Position numbers and translations under genes: made by a program. A stretch of DNA of 64,000 bases from Bythopirellula sp. (GTDB taxonomy: Bacteria > Planctomycetota > Planctomycetia > Pirellulales > Lacipirellulaceae), in assembly GCA_965216565.1 (NCBI GenBank), contig OZ244170.1, forward strand, positions 4,384,001-4,448,000, read 5' to 3'. Below the pieces are notes generated by a model. The model saw nothing but the letters and a program-made list of their open reading frames with translations, was not told the DNA's origin and ran no database searches. Each line of letters opens with the position of its first letter. Position 1 is the stretch's first letter. Positions 10,352 through 19,310 of this stretch are shown in pieces.

Positions 10352-11188
10352 TCAGCTTGCCTTCTTACCACCGATCTTTAAAAAGTGCTCTTCAGGCAGC
10401 AGCATCGAGATCACTCGGAAGCCAAATTTGTCACCCACCTTCACCGCTTCCCCTTCAGCGACGGCTTGCTCGGCGACTCGCATTTCCAGTAACTGATCAC
10501 AAGCCTTTTCGAATTTGATGAGTGTTCCAGGCGACATCTCAACAACATCTTTCAACGTTTCCTTGCGCGAAGCCAGAACAACCCGCACGGGCACCTGCAC
10601 TTTCAGCAAGCTGCGCGAATAGGGCGGCAATTCCGAAAAGCTCTTGGGGATCTTTCTGGGCTGGCCCACGTTCTCTGAGTCGTCCTGCAGCAGTTTTTCA
10701 GGAAAGTTCAGTGGCCAGATCAAGCTAATCTGCCCCGACTTTTCGCCCTGTGTAAGTTCCAGGGGCATCAACGATGCGTCTTTGGCGACCTTCGCCGAAT
10801 CGAGCGCCTTATCGATGTGTGGGACGTAGCCAGACTGGTAAGATTGGATTTTTAATGCTTCAGGAAGAAATACCTTGCCCAACTCCTGAGCAAGAGTGTC
10901 TAGCTTCGCAGTGCCGGTGGCGTCGGGGCTACTTACCCAGTCGGGTAGAAGCCCAGAACTTGCCGGGATTATCGCAACCGCACTTGTTTCTTCTGTATTC
11001 ATCAGCAACGCCAGGCCACCAGCGACAAAGCCATCTGGCACGGCACTCGCCGAATAGGTGGTTGCCTCGCCTACCGTCACTTTGAAATCGCCCTCAAACG
11101 CCCGCCCGCACGCACCGGCAGCTTCGTCGGCACCTGCTTGACAGGTCTCGAGAACGGCTTCCACGATCTCTGGGTTTAAATCACTCAT
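10352..11188 (-). CDS. FliM/FliN (SpoA) C-terminal domain protein
   Basis: C-terminus LLKVQVPVRVVLA...GEAVKVGDKFGFRV is typical of the FliMN_C domain. Confidence 0.8.
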   Translation of the reverse strand: MSDLNPEIVEAVLETCQAGADEAAGACGRAFEGDFKVTVGEATTYSASAVPDGFVAGGLALLMNTEETSAVAIIPASSGLLPDWVSSPDATGTAKLDTLAQELGKVFLPEALKIQSYQSGYVPHIDKALDSAKVAKDASLMPLELTQGEKSGQISLIWPLNFPEKLLQDDSENVGQPRKIPKSFSELPPYSRSLLKVQVPVRVVLASRKETLKDVVEMSPGTLIKFEKACDQLLEMRVAEQAVAEGEAVKVGDKFGFRVISMLLPEEHFLKIGGKKAS

Positions 11189-11257
11189 CCGATTTCGGCG
11201 CTCTAGCTCTGCGGCTCAAAGGGTGGCCCACACAATACGTGGCAGACTCATCGAGTG

Positions 11258-11286
11258 ATATCGGCAGGAGTTGCCGTCAAACTTTG
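11258..11286 (-). promoter_or_regulatory. Possible sigma-28-like promoter of the FliM/N-like gene
   Basis: CAAAGTTT...GCCGATAT on the minus strand; spacing 2 nt longer than the enteric consensus. Confidence 0.3.
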
Positions 11287-11343
11287 CCTAGTTCGTCGAG
11301 TCGTTTATTGCTGCTAGCAGTGCAACTGCCCTATAATTAGTTC

Positions 11344-12480
11344 ATGAGCACTGCAACCTCCTCCCCTCAGTTCGAATTGAAGCCTTACAAATCGCTGGAG
11401 AACGATGCCCTCGAGGCGCGAATCCAGGCGGTAAGAGACGAACTAGGTTCCAAACTTTTGATTCTTGGCCATCACTATCAACAAGACGAAGTGATCGCCA
11501 TGGCCGACCTGCGGGGCGATAGCTACAAGCTTAGCGAATTCGCCGCTGCTAGCAGCGAGTGCCGCTTCATCGCCTTCTGCGGCGTGCACTTTATGGCCGA
11601 GACGGCCGACATCCTGGCCAATCGTCCGGAAAAACTTGCCCAGCGCAGTGGCGAGCGGGTGCAGGTGATTCTGCCCGACATGGCCGCGGGCTGTTCCATG
11701 GCCGACATGGCAGCAATCGATCAGATTGAAGATGCGTGGGACCAATTGGGCGAAGTGATCGATACCGAGGACATCACGCCAGTTACCTACATCAACTCGG
11801 CTGCCAGCCTGAAGGCATTCGTGGGACGTCACGGGGGTATCGTCTGCACGTCGAGCAACGCCAAAGCCGCTATGGAGTGGGCGTTCGCACGCACAAGCCG
11901 GGTGATGTTCTTCCCCGATCAACACCTAGGTCGCAACACAGCGCTGGGCATGGACATCACCACAGACGAGATGCCGGTGTGGGATCCGTTTGCCGACGAA
12001 CTCGGCGGCAACGACGAAACGGAACTCAAGCGCAGCAAGGTGATTCTCTGGAAAGGCCATTGCAGCGTGCATCAAATGTTCAAGCCCGAGCATGTGGCCA
12101 TGTTCCGCGAGCAACACCCGGGCATCAAGATTCTGGTGCATCCAGAATGTCCACGCGAGGTGTTTGAGATGGCCGACGAAAGCGGCTCAACGGGCAAAAT
12201 CATCAAGGAAGTAGAGGCCGCCCCGCCCGGCACCAAGTGGGCCATTGGCACCGAACTTCATCTCGTGAACCGATTGAAGCAGGAACATCCCGAGCAAGAG
12301 ATTCACTTTCTTTCGCCGGTGGTCTGTATGTGCGCAACGATGTACCGCATCGATCTCGCGCACCTCTGTTGGAGTCTGGAAAATCTAGCTGCAGGAACTC
12401 CCGTCAACATCATTGAAGTCGACGAAGAGACGGCGAAGTGGTCGCTGGTTGCACTGGAGCGGATGCTCGAGGTGAAGTAG
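11344..12480 (+). CDS. nadA: Quinolinate synthase A
   Basis: GHHYQ, FCGVHFMAE, GCSMADMA, YINS, HPEC and CxCATM motifs. Confidence 0.97.
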   Translation: MSTATSSPQFELKPYKSLENDALEARIQAVRDELGSKLLILGHHYQQDEVIAMADLRGDSYKLSEFAAASSECRFIAFCGVHFMAETADILANRPEKLAQRSGERVQVILPDMAAGCSMADMAAIDQIEDAWDQLGEVIDTEDITPVTYINSAASLKAFVGRHGGIVCTSSNAKAAMEWAFARTSRVMFFPDQHLGRNTALGMDITTDEMPVWDPFADELGGNDETELKRSKVILWKGHCSVHQMFKPEHVAMFREQHPGIKILVHPECPREVFEMADESGSTGKIIKEVEAAPPGTKWAIGTELHLVNRLKQEHPEQEIHFLSPVVCMCATMYRIDLAHLCWSLENLAAGTPVNIIEVDEETAKWSLVALERMLEVK

Positions 12481-12485
12481 ATTCT

Positions 12486-12507
12486 CGGCGAGTCTACGAC
12501 TCGCCGG
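12486..12507 (+). repeat. REP-like hairpin (family A, leader degenerate)
   Basis: CGGCGAGTC-TAC-GACTCGCCGG. Confidence 0.85.
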
Positions 12508-12517
12508 AGCCCTTAGA

Positions 12518-12985
12518 TTAAGACACGACGCGAGCCTTAGCATAAGGCGCATCCACAACCGTCGCGCTGCTGCGTACCCCCTTCTTGTCTAGGTGCTTTT
12601 TCAACAGCGCGATGTTCATGTTATTCGCCTTATACATGGCATCGAACACGTCGCCTGCTAGGGGCACCGAACCGACCAACGAGTCCATTGCCACATTGCC
12701 GATCATCCGCGCGAGCACCCAGTTCGACGCACCTAATCTCTTCGCTTGGATGACAATCCAAGTAGAGAGTGCCGCAGAGATGGCGTCACCAATTCCAGGG
12801 ATGAGACCAACGATGGTATCCCAGCCAATCTTATAATTCGTGCCCGGCAACGTTATCGAACTATCTAGCCAAACGCTCAGCTTCTCGAGCTGTGCGAGCG
12901 TCCGACCCACGTCGGCGGGTTCGTTAAACCATTGTTCAAATCGAGTAAACATATCCTCGTATCTGGCGGCAGTTGCAAAACTCAT
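12518..12985 (-). CDS. DUF4112 family membrane protein
   Basis: LDSSITLPGT..IGWD.IVGLIPGIGD...GSVPLAGDVFD..YKAN..N. Confidence 0.85.
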   Translation of the reverse strand: MSFATAARYEDMFTRFEQWFNEPADVGRTLAQLEKLSVWLDSSITLPGTNYKIGWDTIVGLIPGIGDAISAALSTWIVIQAKRLGASNWVLARMIGNVAMDSLVGSVPLAGDVFDAMYKANNMNIALLKKHLDKKGVRSSATVVDAPYAKARVVS

Positions 12986-13110
12986 AAATCGGAAATCCTG
13001 GGGTCTTTGTTGTTTTTACGCAGTTCGACTGTGAATTGTTCTTCGCTGTTTGTTGGCGGATCTTGGGGAATTTCGCGTTATTTCTCAGAAATTCGCGAAA
13101 ACTGGGGGCC

Positions 13111-13199
13111 CCGGCGAGTCGTAGACTCGCGGCTAGTTGTTGAAACAAGCAGCGAACAAATTCAGAAATTGCAATAGCCGCGAGTCTACGACTCGCCGG
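13111..13199. repeat. Pair of family-A REP hairpins (13111-13135 minus; 13175-13199 plus)
   Basis: Identical TAGCCGCGAGTCTACGACTCGCCGG copies in inverted orientation. Confidence 0.95.
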
Positions 13200-13674
13200 G
13201 AGTTGGTTCGCCCTCGAACCACGTCACGCCACGATGACGAGGCAGGTAGCTAATCACTAAATACTCGAAATGGCGACGATCCTTCACCCGCTTGCGACTT
13301 CCTCCCTTGGAGAGCCACTTGCGTTGTTGAACCTTGTTTAGATCCAGAGTCATGCGACGTTTGATCGATTCGCTAACCCGCTGCCACGGTCTGTCATGCC
13401 GCCAGCTAATGAGGCAATGGATATGACTCGCGTCGCAAGCAACTCCACGAGTTTGCACGGATAGATATTTACAGCCGTCCAGAATTCCAAATAGAACTAA
13501 TTTCTGCACTTGCTCGCTAAACTCAACGATTGAGCCGTCAGCCAGATTCCGTCGGTAGCACTGCGCCATGTGAACATCCGCTGCCAGCACGCCTTGCTTT
13601 CGTCTAACATACCCTTTCTTGCGATCAGGCATCCATGAGCCGTAGGCGTGGTAGGTGAAGAGATAACACGGCAT
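13186..13674 (-). CDS. HUH/Y1 nuclease, REP-associated tyrosine transposase (RAYT/TnpA-REP)-like
   Basis: 162 aa; N-terminal YLFTYHAYGSWMP, HUH motif HIH, C-terminal W..GG and candidate catalytic Tyr (EYLVISY); flanked by four identical hairpins. Confidence 0.75.
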   Translation of the reverse strand: MPCYLFTYHAYGSWMPDRKKGYVRRKQGVLAADVHMAQCYRRNLADGSIVEFSEQVQKLVLFGILDGCKYLSVQTRGVACDASHIHCLISWRHDRPWQRVSESIKRRMTLDLNKVQQRKWLSKGGSRKRVKDRRHFEYLVISYLPRHRGVTWFEGEPTPGES

Positions 13675-13683
13675 GGTTTCCCC

Positions 13684-13817
13684 CCGGCGAGTCGTAGACT
13701 CGCGGCTAGGGTAGAGTGGGATAATATACTAATGTACATTAGTATGGCAGATTGGGGAACGTCTTGCAATACTTCATGCATAGCTTCGAAGATAGCCGCG
13801 AGTCTACGACTCGCCGG
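13684..13817. repeat. Pair of family-A REP hairpins (13684-13708 minus; 13793-13817 plus)
   Basis: Identical 25-mers bracketing the RAYT promoter region. Confidence 0.95.
13726..13769 (-). promoter_or_regulatory. Sigma-70-type promoter of the HUH gene overlapped by a 20-bp palindrome
   Basis: TTGCAA-N17-CATACT on the minus strand; ATACTAATGTACATTAGTAT at 13726-13745. Confidence 0.6.
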
Positions 13818-13820
13818 GGC

Positions 13821-14816
13821 CTACTCTAACGGATCACCCTTCTTCCTCCTCAGCTTCACAATCGGCGCGAGCGAGAGCAACAGAAACACACTCAAACCAT
13901 AAATACGACCGTAGTCGAGCTCAGAAGTTGTGAGCCGACGCACATCCTCTAGCTCCAGATCCTCACCACCATCAACGGTCAACAGCGCGACAGCGTGCTT
14001 GTGGGAAATCGGTAAACCTAAGAACTGCACGTACCCGTCAGCAAAAGCGACGTTAATCCCCCGCGTTGACCTATAGAAAAAGCCTTCGTCCACCTCGTAG
14101 CCAAAGTTGTCTGTCATGGGGGGATTGGTCAGGAGTTCGACCGCTTCGTCGGAACTCAGATCTTCCGGCTTCGCCCAGGGCACAGCTTTGTGCGAGGCCT
14201 CGATGAGCATGATCGTGTCGGCCGTGCCGTCCGTGATCTCGTTTAACTTCCGGCCTCGCCCCGGTGGCCACATCGTCTGCTCGCCGACGATGGCGAAGTA
14301 ATGAGTGACATTGCTGGGAGTGATATGCGAGGGGCAATTAAACAGCGGATCGAAGTTATAGTTGAGCAGTGTTTTCTTGTTGGCAGGACTGTCCCAGGAT
14401 TCATTTCGCTTGAATTGAGCATAGAACTGCGAAGATTCAAGATAGGGTGCGATCCAGATTCTCCAGCTCTGTAGATGGTCGCTGTTCGGATTACTTTGTG
14501 CGCTCGCCGGGAGGGTGTTATGAACGCTTACATAATTGTGAAGTCCTAAAGAGAGCTGTTTCATATTGTTAGTGCAGGTAAGACGGGCTATACCATATCT
14601 GACATGGGAAGTTGCTGGCAGAAGCAAAGCTGCCAGCACACTCAAGATAATGACCACAGCCAGCCACTCAGAAAAAGATGTCCGAGGTCGTCTTAACCTA
14701 AGCCACAGTAGCCAAAAGATAAGACATACGGCAACAATGCCTACGCCGCCGAAAGTCGCCAGCGCGGAGGCCAATAGTGCAAACGCCCAAAGCATTGTCG
14801 TGATGCGGAACTCCAT
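13821..14816 (-). CDS. DUF1559 (SBP_bac_10) domain membrane protein
   Basis: LLLPA...CTNNMKQLSLGLHNY...SWR..I.PYLE...NVAFADG. Confidence 0.9.
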   Translation of the reverse strand: MEFRITTMLWAFALLASALATFGGVGIVAVCLIFWLLWLRLRRPRTSFSEWLAVVIILSVLAALLLPATSHVRYGIARLTCTNNMKQLSLGLHNYVSVHNTLPASAQSNPNSDHLQSWRIWIAPYLESSQFYAQFKRNESWDSPANKKTLLNYNFDPLFNCPSHITPSNVTHYFAIVGEQTMWPPGRGRKLNEITDGTADTIMLIEASHKAVPWAKPEDLSSDEAVELLTNPPMTDNFGYEVDEGFFYRSTRGINVAFADGYVQFLGLPISHKHAVALLTVDGGEDLELEDVRRLTTSELDYGRIYGLSVFLLLSLAPIVKLRRKKGDPLE

Positions 14817-14848
14817 GCTGTTAGTTTAGCAGAGCTTTCTGGGATGCG

Positions 14849-14934
14849 CCGGCGATCTGTCAGATCGCGGCTATTCTTGATAGATCGCGCGTTACCACGG
14901 CTGCATGAATAGCCGCGATGCGATGCATCGCCGG
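14849..14934. repeat. Pair of family-A REP hairpins with TCT/AGA and TGC/GCA stems
   Basis: 14849-14873 minus; 14910-14934 plus. Confidence 0.9.
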
Positions 14935-14954
14935 AGCCCTAAAGCACGCTCAAC

Positions 14955-16052
14955 CTAGCTCACCAGTTCCGCAATCTTCCGCCCCGTCGAGCTTAACGGC
15001 AATTCGCTGAGTTGCGCCTTGCTTGTCCAACACATTTCCGAACCGTTACTACTTAGTCGGCCCGAGTGATAGTTCGCGGCGTAACAGTCGAGTGTAATCC
15101 GATAACGCGTGACGCCATGTTTGATTGTCTTCAAGTGAGTTGCGGTTCGGATTGAAATTCCACTTTGCTCACGAACTTTGTCAGCAAGTTCAGCCTGAGC
15201 AAACAGAGGCCCCTGCCCTTCCACTTCGAAACGTGGAAAGTCCCATAAGCCAGCCCAGCGCTGGTCTTCGCCGCATTTACGCAACAGAAATTGATTTCGC
15301 TTCCGCACTACAACGGCCGCCTCGCGAACGTCGACAAACTTCTTCTTCGCGGCCGCCACAGGGATTTCGTTTTCCAAACCCGCTTCGTATGCTGCACAAT
15401 GCTGCGAGACGGGGCACGCCGCGCAACTGGGATTTTTCGGCGTGCAAACGAGTGAACCCAACTCCATCAGTGCTTGATTGAAATGGGAGACATCCTGACG
15501 AGGCAAAAGCTCCTCGGCCGTTTGCCAAAGTAGCTTCTGTCCGGCGCTTTTGGTCGGATCTTCTTGATAAGCCAACAGCCGCGCGAGCAAGCGAATAGTG
15601 TTGGCTTCCAAGATGGGTGCCCGTCGATCGAAAGCTATCGAAACAATAGCCCCCGCGGTGTAACGACCAATGCCCGGCAAGGTTTGCAACGTTTCCACAT
15701 CATCGGGAAAACGTCCGCCATGTTCGGCAACAATCTGCCGCGCCGCCGCATGCAGTTGTCGAGCACGGCGATAGTATCCTAGCCCTTCCCACAGCCGTAA
15801 TACTTGTTGCTCGTTTGCTGACGCGAGTTTCTTGACGGTGGGAAACTCTTTGATGAATCGGCGGAAGTAGTCCTTCACTGTCGCCACCTGGGTCTGCTGC
15901 AGCATGACCTCGCTGACCCACACGCGATAAGGGTTTTTGCTTTTCCGCCAGGGAAGATCGCGCTGGTGCTGTGTGTACCACTTCAACAACCGGCGACGAA
16001 ACTGTTGCTTACCGCGAGAATCGAGAAGCTGGGAACTGCAGTCCGTTGCCAT
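14955..16052 (-). CDS. mutY: A/G-specific adenine glycosylase
   Basis: RDLPWR, SEVMLQQTQV, WEGLGYY, HhH LPGIGRYTAGA and the C-x6-C-x2-C-x5-C Fe-S motif. Confidence 0.97.
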   Translation of the reverse strand: MATDCSSQLLDSRGKQQFRRRLLKWYTQHQRDLPWRKSKNPYRVWVSEVMLQQTQVATVKDYFRRFIKEFPTVKKLASANEQQVLRLWEGLGYYRRARQLHAAARQIVAEHGGRFPDDVETLQTLPGIGRYTAGAIVSIAFDRRAPILEANTIRLLARLLAYQEDPTKSAGQKLLWQTAEELLPRQDVSHFNQALMELGSLVCTPKNPSCAACPVSQHCAAYEAGLENEIPVAAAKKKFVDVREAAVVVRKRNQFLLRKCGEDQRWAGLWDFPRFEVEGQGPLFAQAELADKVREQSGISIRTATHLKTIKHGVTRYRITLDCYAANYHSGRLSSNGSEMCWTSKAQLSELPLSSTGRKIAELVS

Positions 16053-16060
16053 TTTTTGTT

Positions 16061-16258
16061 TCTCGCAGAGACGCGGAGGCGCAAAGTTAGGGAAAAGAAA
16101 TCAAAGACTCGATAAATGGATGGACAGGATTAACGGAATGAAGTTCTTACGGCAACAAATGGAATCTAGTCAATCCAGCAAATCCCGTCATCCTGTCTAA
16201 TTGAATATCGCCTCTGGGGAGATTGGCAGAGTCTTTGCGTCTCGGCGCCTTTGCGAGA
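16061..16258. repeat. Nested inverted 9-mer-periodic repeats
   Basis: Outer pair tctcgcagagacgcggaggcgcaaag / ctttgcgtctcggcgcctttgcgaga; inner pair gacaggattaacgg / cccgtcatcctgtc. Confidence 0.75.
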
Positions 16259-16264
16259 GAAAAA

Positions 16265-17740
16265 TCAATTCTCCTTGAGCGCCGCTACCAGATCGACCAA
16301 TGCCTGTTTGCCGTCGCCGAAGAGCATCAGACAATTGTCTGCCGCAAAGAGCGGGTTGGGGATACCGGCGAAACCAGGGCTCAGGCTGCGTTTGATTACC
16401 ACGACGGTCCTCGCTTCATCGACATTCAAAATCGGCATACCGGCGATGGGACTCGAAGGATCGGTATTGGCCACCGGGTTCACGACGTCATTGGCCCCAA
16501 TCACAATCGCTACGTCGCATTGCGAGAACGTTGGATTGATTTCGTCCATTTCCTTCAATTGATCGTACGGCACATCGGCCTCGGCCAGCAGCACATTCAT
16601 GTGTCCCGGCATACGACCGGCCACGGGGTGAATGGCATATTCGACCGTCACGCCCTGGGCTTCGAGTAGGTTGGCCATTTCGCGGACCGCGTGCTGTGCC
16701 TGCGCGACAGCCAGGCCATAGCCGGGCACCACGACCACGCGTTGCACGCCGTCCATCAGCATGGCGACTTCCTCGGCCGACGTCTGTTTGATTTTGCCGG
16801 CATACACCTCATCAGCATCGGCCCCGGAACTGGATGCTTCGAACTTCGCAAAGAGCACGTTGGTAAGCGAACGATTCATCGCCTTGCACATGATGTTGGT
16901 GAGAATGAGCCCCGAGGCCCCCACCAACGAGCCGGCAATGATGAGCACATTGTTGTTGATCACAAACCCAGCAGCGGCAGCGGCCAAGCCGGAGTAGCTA
17001 TTGAGCAGTGCAATCACCACCGGCATATCAGCACCGCCAATTGGCACGACCAGCAAAACGCCCAGCACGAATGCCACCATCGAGAGCACCACAAATTCCC
17101 AACCCGATCCGTCGCGCATCCCCAGCACCAGCAGCATGCAGAACACCAGCATCACGGCGTTGACAATCTGCAGGCCATCAAAGCGGAACGCTTTCTTAAA
17201 GATAGGCAGCTCTTGTAGCTTACCTGCCGCGACCAGCGAACCGGTGAACGTCACCGCACCGATGAGACCGGCCAGTCCAGCGGCAATGCCGGCCACAGCG
17301 ACGTTCTCGGTGGATTCACCAAACCGATAGACTTCCGCCCCAGCCACCAGCACGGAGGCAATTCCGCCAAAGCCGTTAAAGAGCGCCACCAACTGAGGCA
17401 TCTGTGTCATTTGCACAGTATTAGCCAGCCACACGCCCAAAGCCGAGCCAACGAGCATCCCCGCAAAGCAAATCCAAAGTGAAACTCCCGTGCTGGTGAG
17501 CGTCACTAGCACGGCAATTAGCATCCCGATGGCCCCGAGCATATTTCCGCGTACCGCGGTTCGCGGATGCGTCATGCCCTTGATTCCCATGATGAAGAGA
17601 ATCGCTGCAACCAAATAGCCCAAGTTGGCCGTCGTGGAGCCGGTTGCCGCACTTTGGACAATCTCGGCGACGTCCGCTGGTTTCTCCAGCAGTGGGCCGT
17701 CTTGGGCAAGCAATATCATGTTGGCAATCTTGTCGAACAC
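16265..17740 (-). CDS. pntB: NAD(P) transhydrogenase beta subunit
   Basis: MTQMPQLVA, IGGADMPVVI, HPVAGRMPGHMNVLLAEA, GANDVVNP. Confidence 0.97.
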   Translation of the reverse strand: MFDKIANMILLAQDGPLLEKPADVAEIVQSAATGSTTANLGYLVAAILFIMGIKGMTHPRTAVRGNMLGAIGMLIAVLVTLTSTGVSLWICFAGMLVGSALGVWLANTVQMTQMPQLVALFNGFGGIASVLVAGAEVYRFGESTENVAVAGIAAGLAGLIGAVTFTGSLVAAGKLQELPIFKKAFRFDGLQIVNAVMLVFCMLLVLGMRDGSGWEFVVLSMVAFVLGVLLVVPIGGADMPVVIALLNSYSGLAAAAAGFVINNNVLIIAGSLVGASGLILTNIMCKAMNRSLTNVLFAKFEASSSGADADEVYAGKIKQTSAEEVAMLMDGVQRVVVVPGYGLAVAQAQHAVREMANLLEAQGVTVEYAIHPVAGRMPGHMNVLLAEADVPYDQLKEMDEINPTFSQCDVAIVIGANDVVNPVANTDPSSPIAGMPILNVDEARTVVVIKRSLSPGFAGIPNPLFAADNCLMLFGDGKQALVDLVAALKEN

Positions 17741-17747
17741 GTGCGAG

Positions 17748-18017
17748 TTAATCCTTCTTTTTGAACATGGCTAACATGCGATGCGTGACGAGAAACCCAC
17801 CTACGACGTTAAGTGATGCAAACACAATGGCAAGAAACCCGAGCAACCCTCCGAGAAATCCGCCGCCCGCTAATAGTGCTCCCACCAGCGTAATGCCACT
17901 AATCGCATTCGAGCCGCTCATCAATGGCGTATGCAGTGTTGGCGGTACCTTGGTGATGATTTCGAAACCAACGAAAACAGCCAACGCAAAAATCGTAAGA
18001 GCAGTGATTAAATCCAT
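17748..18017 (-). CDS. pntAB: NAD(P) transhydrogenase alpha-2 subunit
   Basis: VPPTLHTPLMSGSNAISG, NVVGGFLVTHRMLAMF. Confidence 0.95.
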   Translation of the reverse strand: MDLITALTIFALAVFVGFEIITKVPPTLHTPLMSGSNAISGITLVGALLAGGGFLGGLLGFLAIVFASLNVVGGFLVTHRMLAMFKKKD

Positions 18018-18046
18018 GTTTCTCGATAGGGATATGAGTTTAAGGT

Positions 18047-18093
18047 CAGCCGCCTTGCCACAGTTCACTCGCCAAGGCGAGCAATGCAAGGCC
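18047..18093 (+). repeat. Family-B REP variant with 18-nt loop insertion
   Basis: CAGCCGCCTTGC-CACA[GTTCACTCGCCAAGGCGA]-GCAATGCAAGGCC; matches copies at 24948 and 28353. Confidence 0.75.
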
Positions 18094-18098
18094 ACGGG

Positions 18099-19310
18099 CT
18101 ACTTTTTCTCCTCCGCCAAATGATCTGCGGGAGGTTCTGCAGGCGGCTTCACCAGGGGTTCTAGACCCAGCATGTCGCGGAGCCGTTCGTTCTGGACCTG
18201 TCCGTCTTTCGCTGCCAAAGTATCGCGAATTACTTCATCTTTGAGATCTATGTCCAGTTCCCCTTCTTTCACCAACTCGGCGAGAAAAGTAACCAGGTTC
18301 TTGGCGTACATTTGGCTGGCGTGCTGAGGAACTTCACTGGGCAAATTGGTGGGACCTAAGATGGTAACACCATCTTCCATCACCACCTCGTCGCCCTTAG
18401 TGAGTTCACAGTTCCCGCCGCGTTCGGCCGCCAGGTCGACGATCACCGAACCCGGTCGCATCCGCCGCACGCCGTCGGCCGTCACCAACAGTGGCGAGGG
18501 CCGGCCGGGGATAGCCGCGGTGGAAATGCACACGTCGCATTCCGCAACAATGTCGGCCAATTGTTGCTGTTGTTTTTCGACTTGCGCTTCTGTGAGCTGC
18601 TTGGCGTAGCCTCCTTTGTCTTCCGAGTCGGCTGTGTCGAGATCAAGCTCGACGAATTTACCGCCCAAGCTTTCAATTTGTTCTTTCACCACGGGGCGTA
18701 CGTCGTAGGCTTGCACTACGGCACCTAATCGACGGGCCGAGGCAATCGCTTGCAGTCCCGCCACGCCCGCACCAATGACCAACACCTTGGCGGGAACCAA
18801 CGTGCCGGCAGCGGTCATCAGCATCGGAAACAGTTTTGGCAAATGATTGGCCGCCAGCAACACGGCTTTGTAGCCGGCAATTGTGGCCATCGACGAGAGC
18901 ACATCCATGCTCTGAGCCCGCGTGATGCGAGGAATCATCTCCATGGCAAACAGAATTGCTTTGGTGTCGGCAATTTCTTGAATCGCCTGCGGATTGCCGA
19001 GCGGATCGCACATGCCGATGATCACCTGGCCGGAACGCATTAGTTTCAAGTCGTCGCGGCCCGCATCGGCATTGGCCCCCAAGGCTCGCACTTGCAGGAC
19101 AACATCAGCCTGATCGAATAGGGACTTGCGATCGGAGAGAATCTTCGCACCTGCCTCTTCGTAGGCGCTATCGGGGAAACCGGCTGCCACACCGGCTTGT
19201 TCCTGAACTAGAACTTCCCACTCCTTCTTCACCAACTGGCTGACCACCGCAGGAACGAGCGCGACTCTATTCTCTCCGGGGCAAGTTTCTTTGGGGACAG
19301 CGACTTTCAT
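18099..19310 (-). CDS. pntAA: NAD(P) transhydrogenase alpha-1 subunit
   Basis: PRITRAQSMDVLSS, GAGVAGLQAI, DLAAERGGNC. Confidence 0.97.
   Translation of the reverse strand: MKVAVPKETCPGENRVALVPAVVSQLVKKEWEVLVQEQAGVAAGFPDSAYEEAGAKILSDRKSLFDQADVVLQVRALGANADAGRDDLKLMRSGQVIIGMCDPLGNPQAIQEIADTKAILFAMEMIPRITRAQSMDVLSSMATIAGYKAVLLAANHLPKLFPMLMTAAGTLVPAKVLVIGAGVAGLQAIASARRLGAVVQAYDVRPVVKEQIESLGGKFVELDLDTADSEDKGGYAKQLTEAQVEKQQQQLADIVAECDVCISTAAIPGRPSPLLVTADGVRRMRPGSVIVDLAAERGGNCELTKGDEVVMEDGVTILGPTNLPSEVPQHASQMYAKNLVTFLAELVKEGELDIDLKDEVIRDTLAAKDGQVQNERLRDMLGLEPLVKPPAEPPADHLAEEKK

Noticed and set aside
13186..13674. IS605-type element with TnpB/IscB
   Set aside because: No RuvC-type nuclease ORF is adjacent; the flanks are multi-copy inverted hairpins rather than single left and right ends
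12486..14934. Clustered 25-bp repeats as a CRISPR array
   Set aside because: Copies alternate in orientation, spacing is irregular (36 bp to about 1 kb) with genes in between, and no cas genes are present
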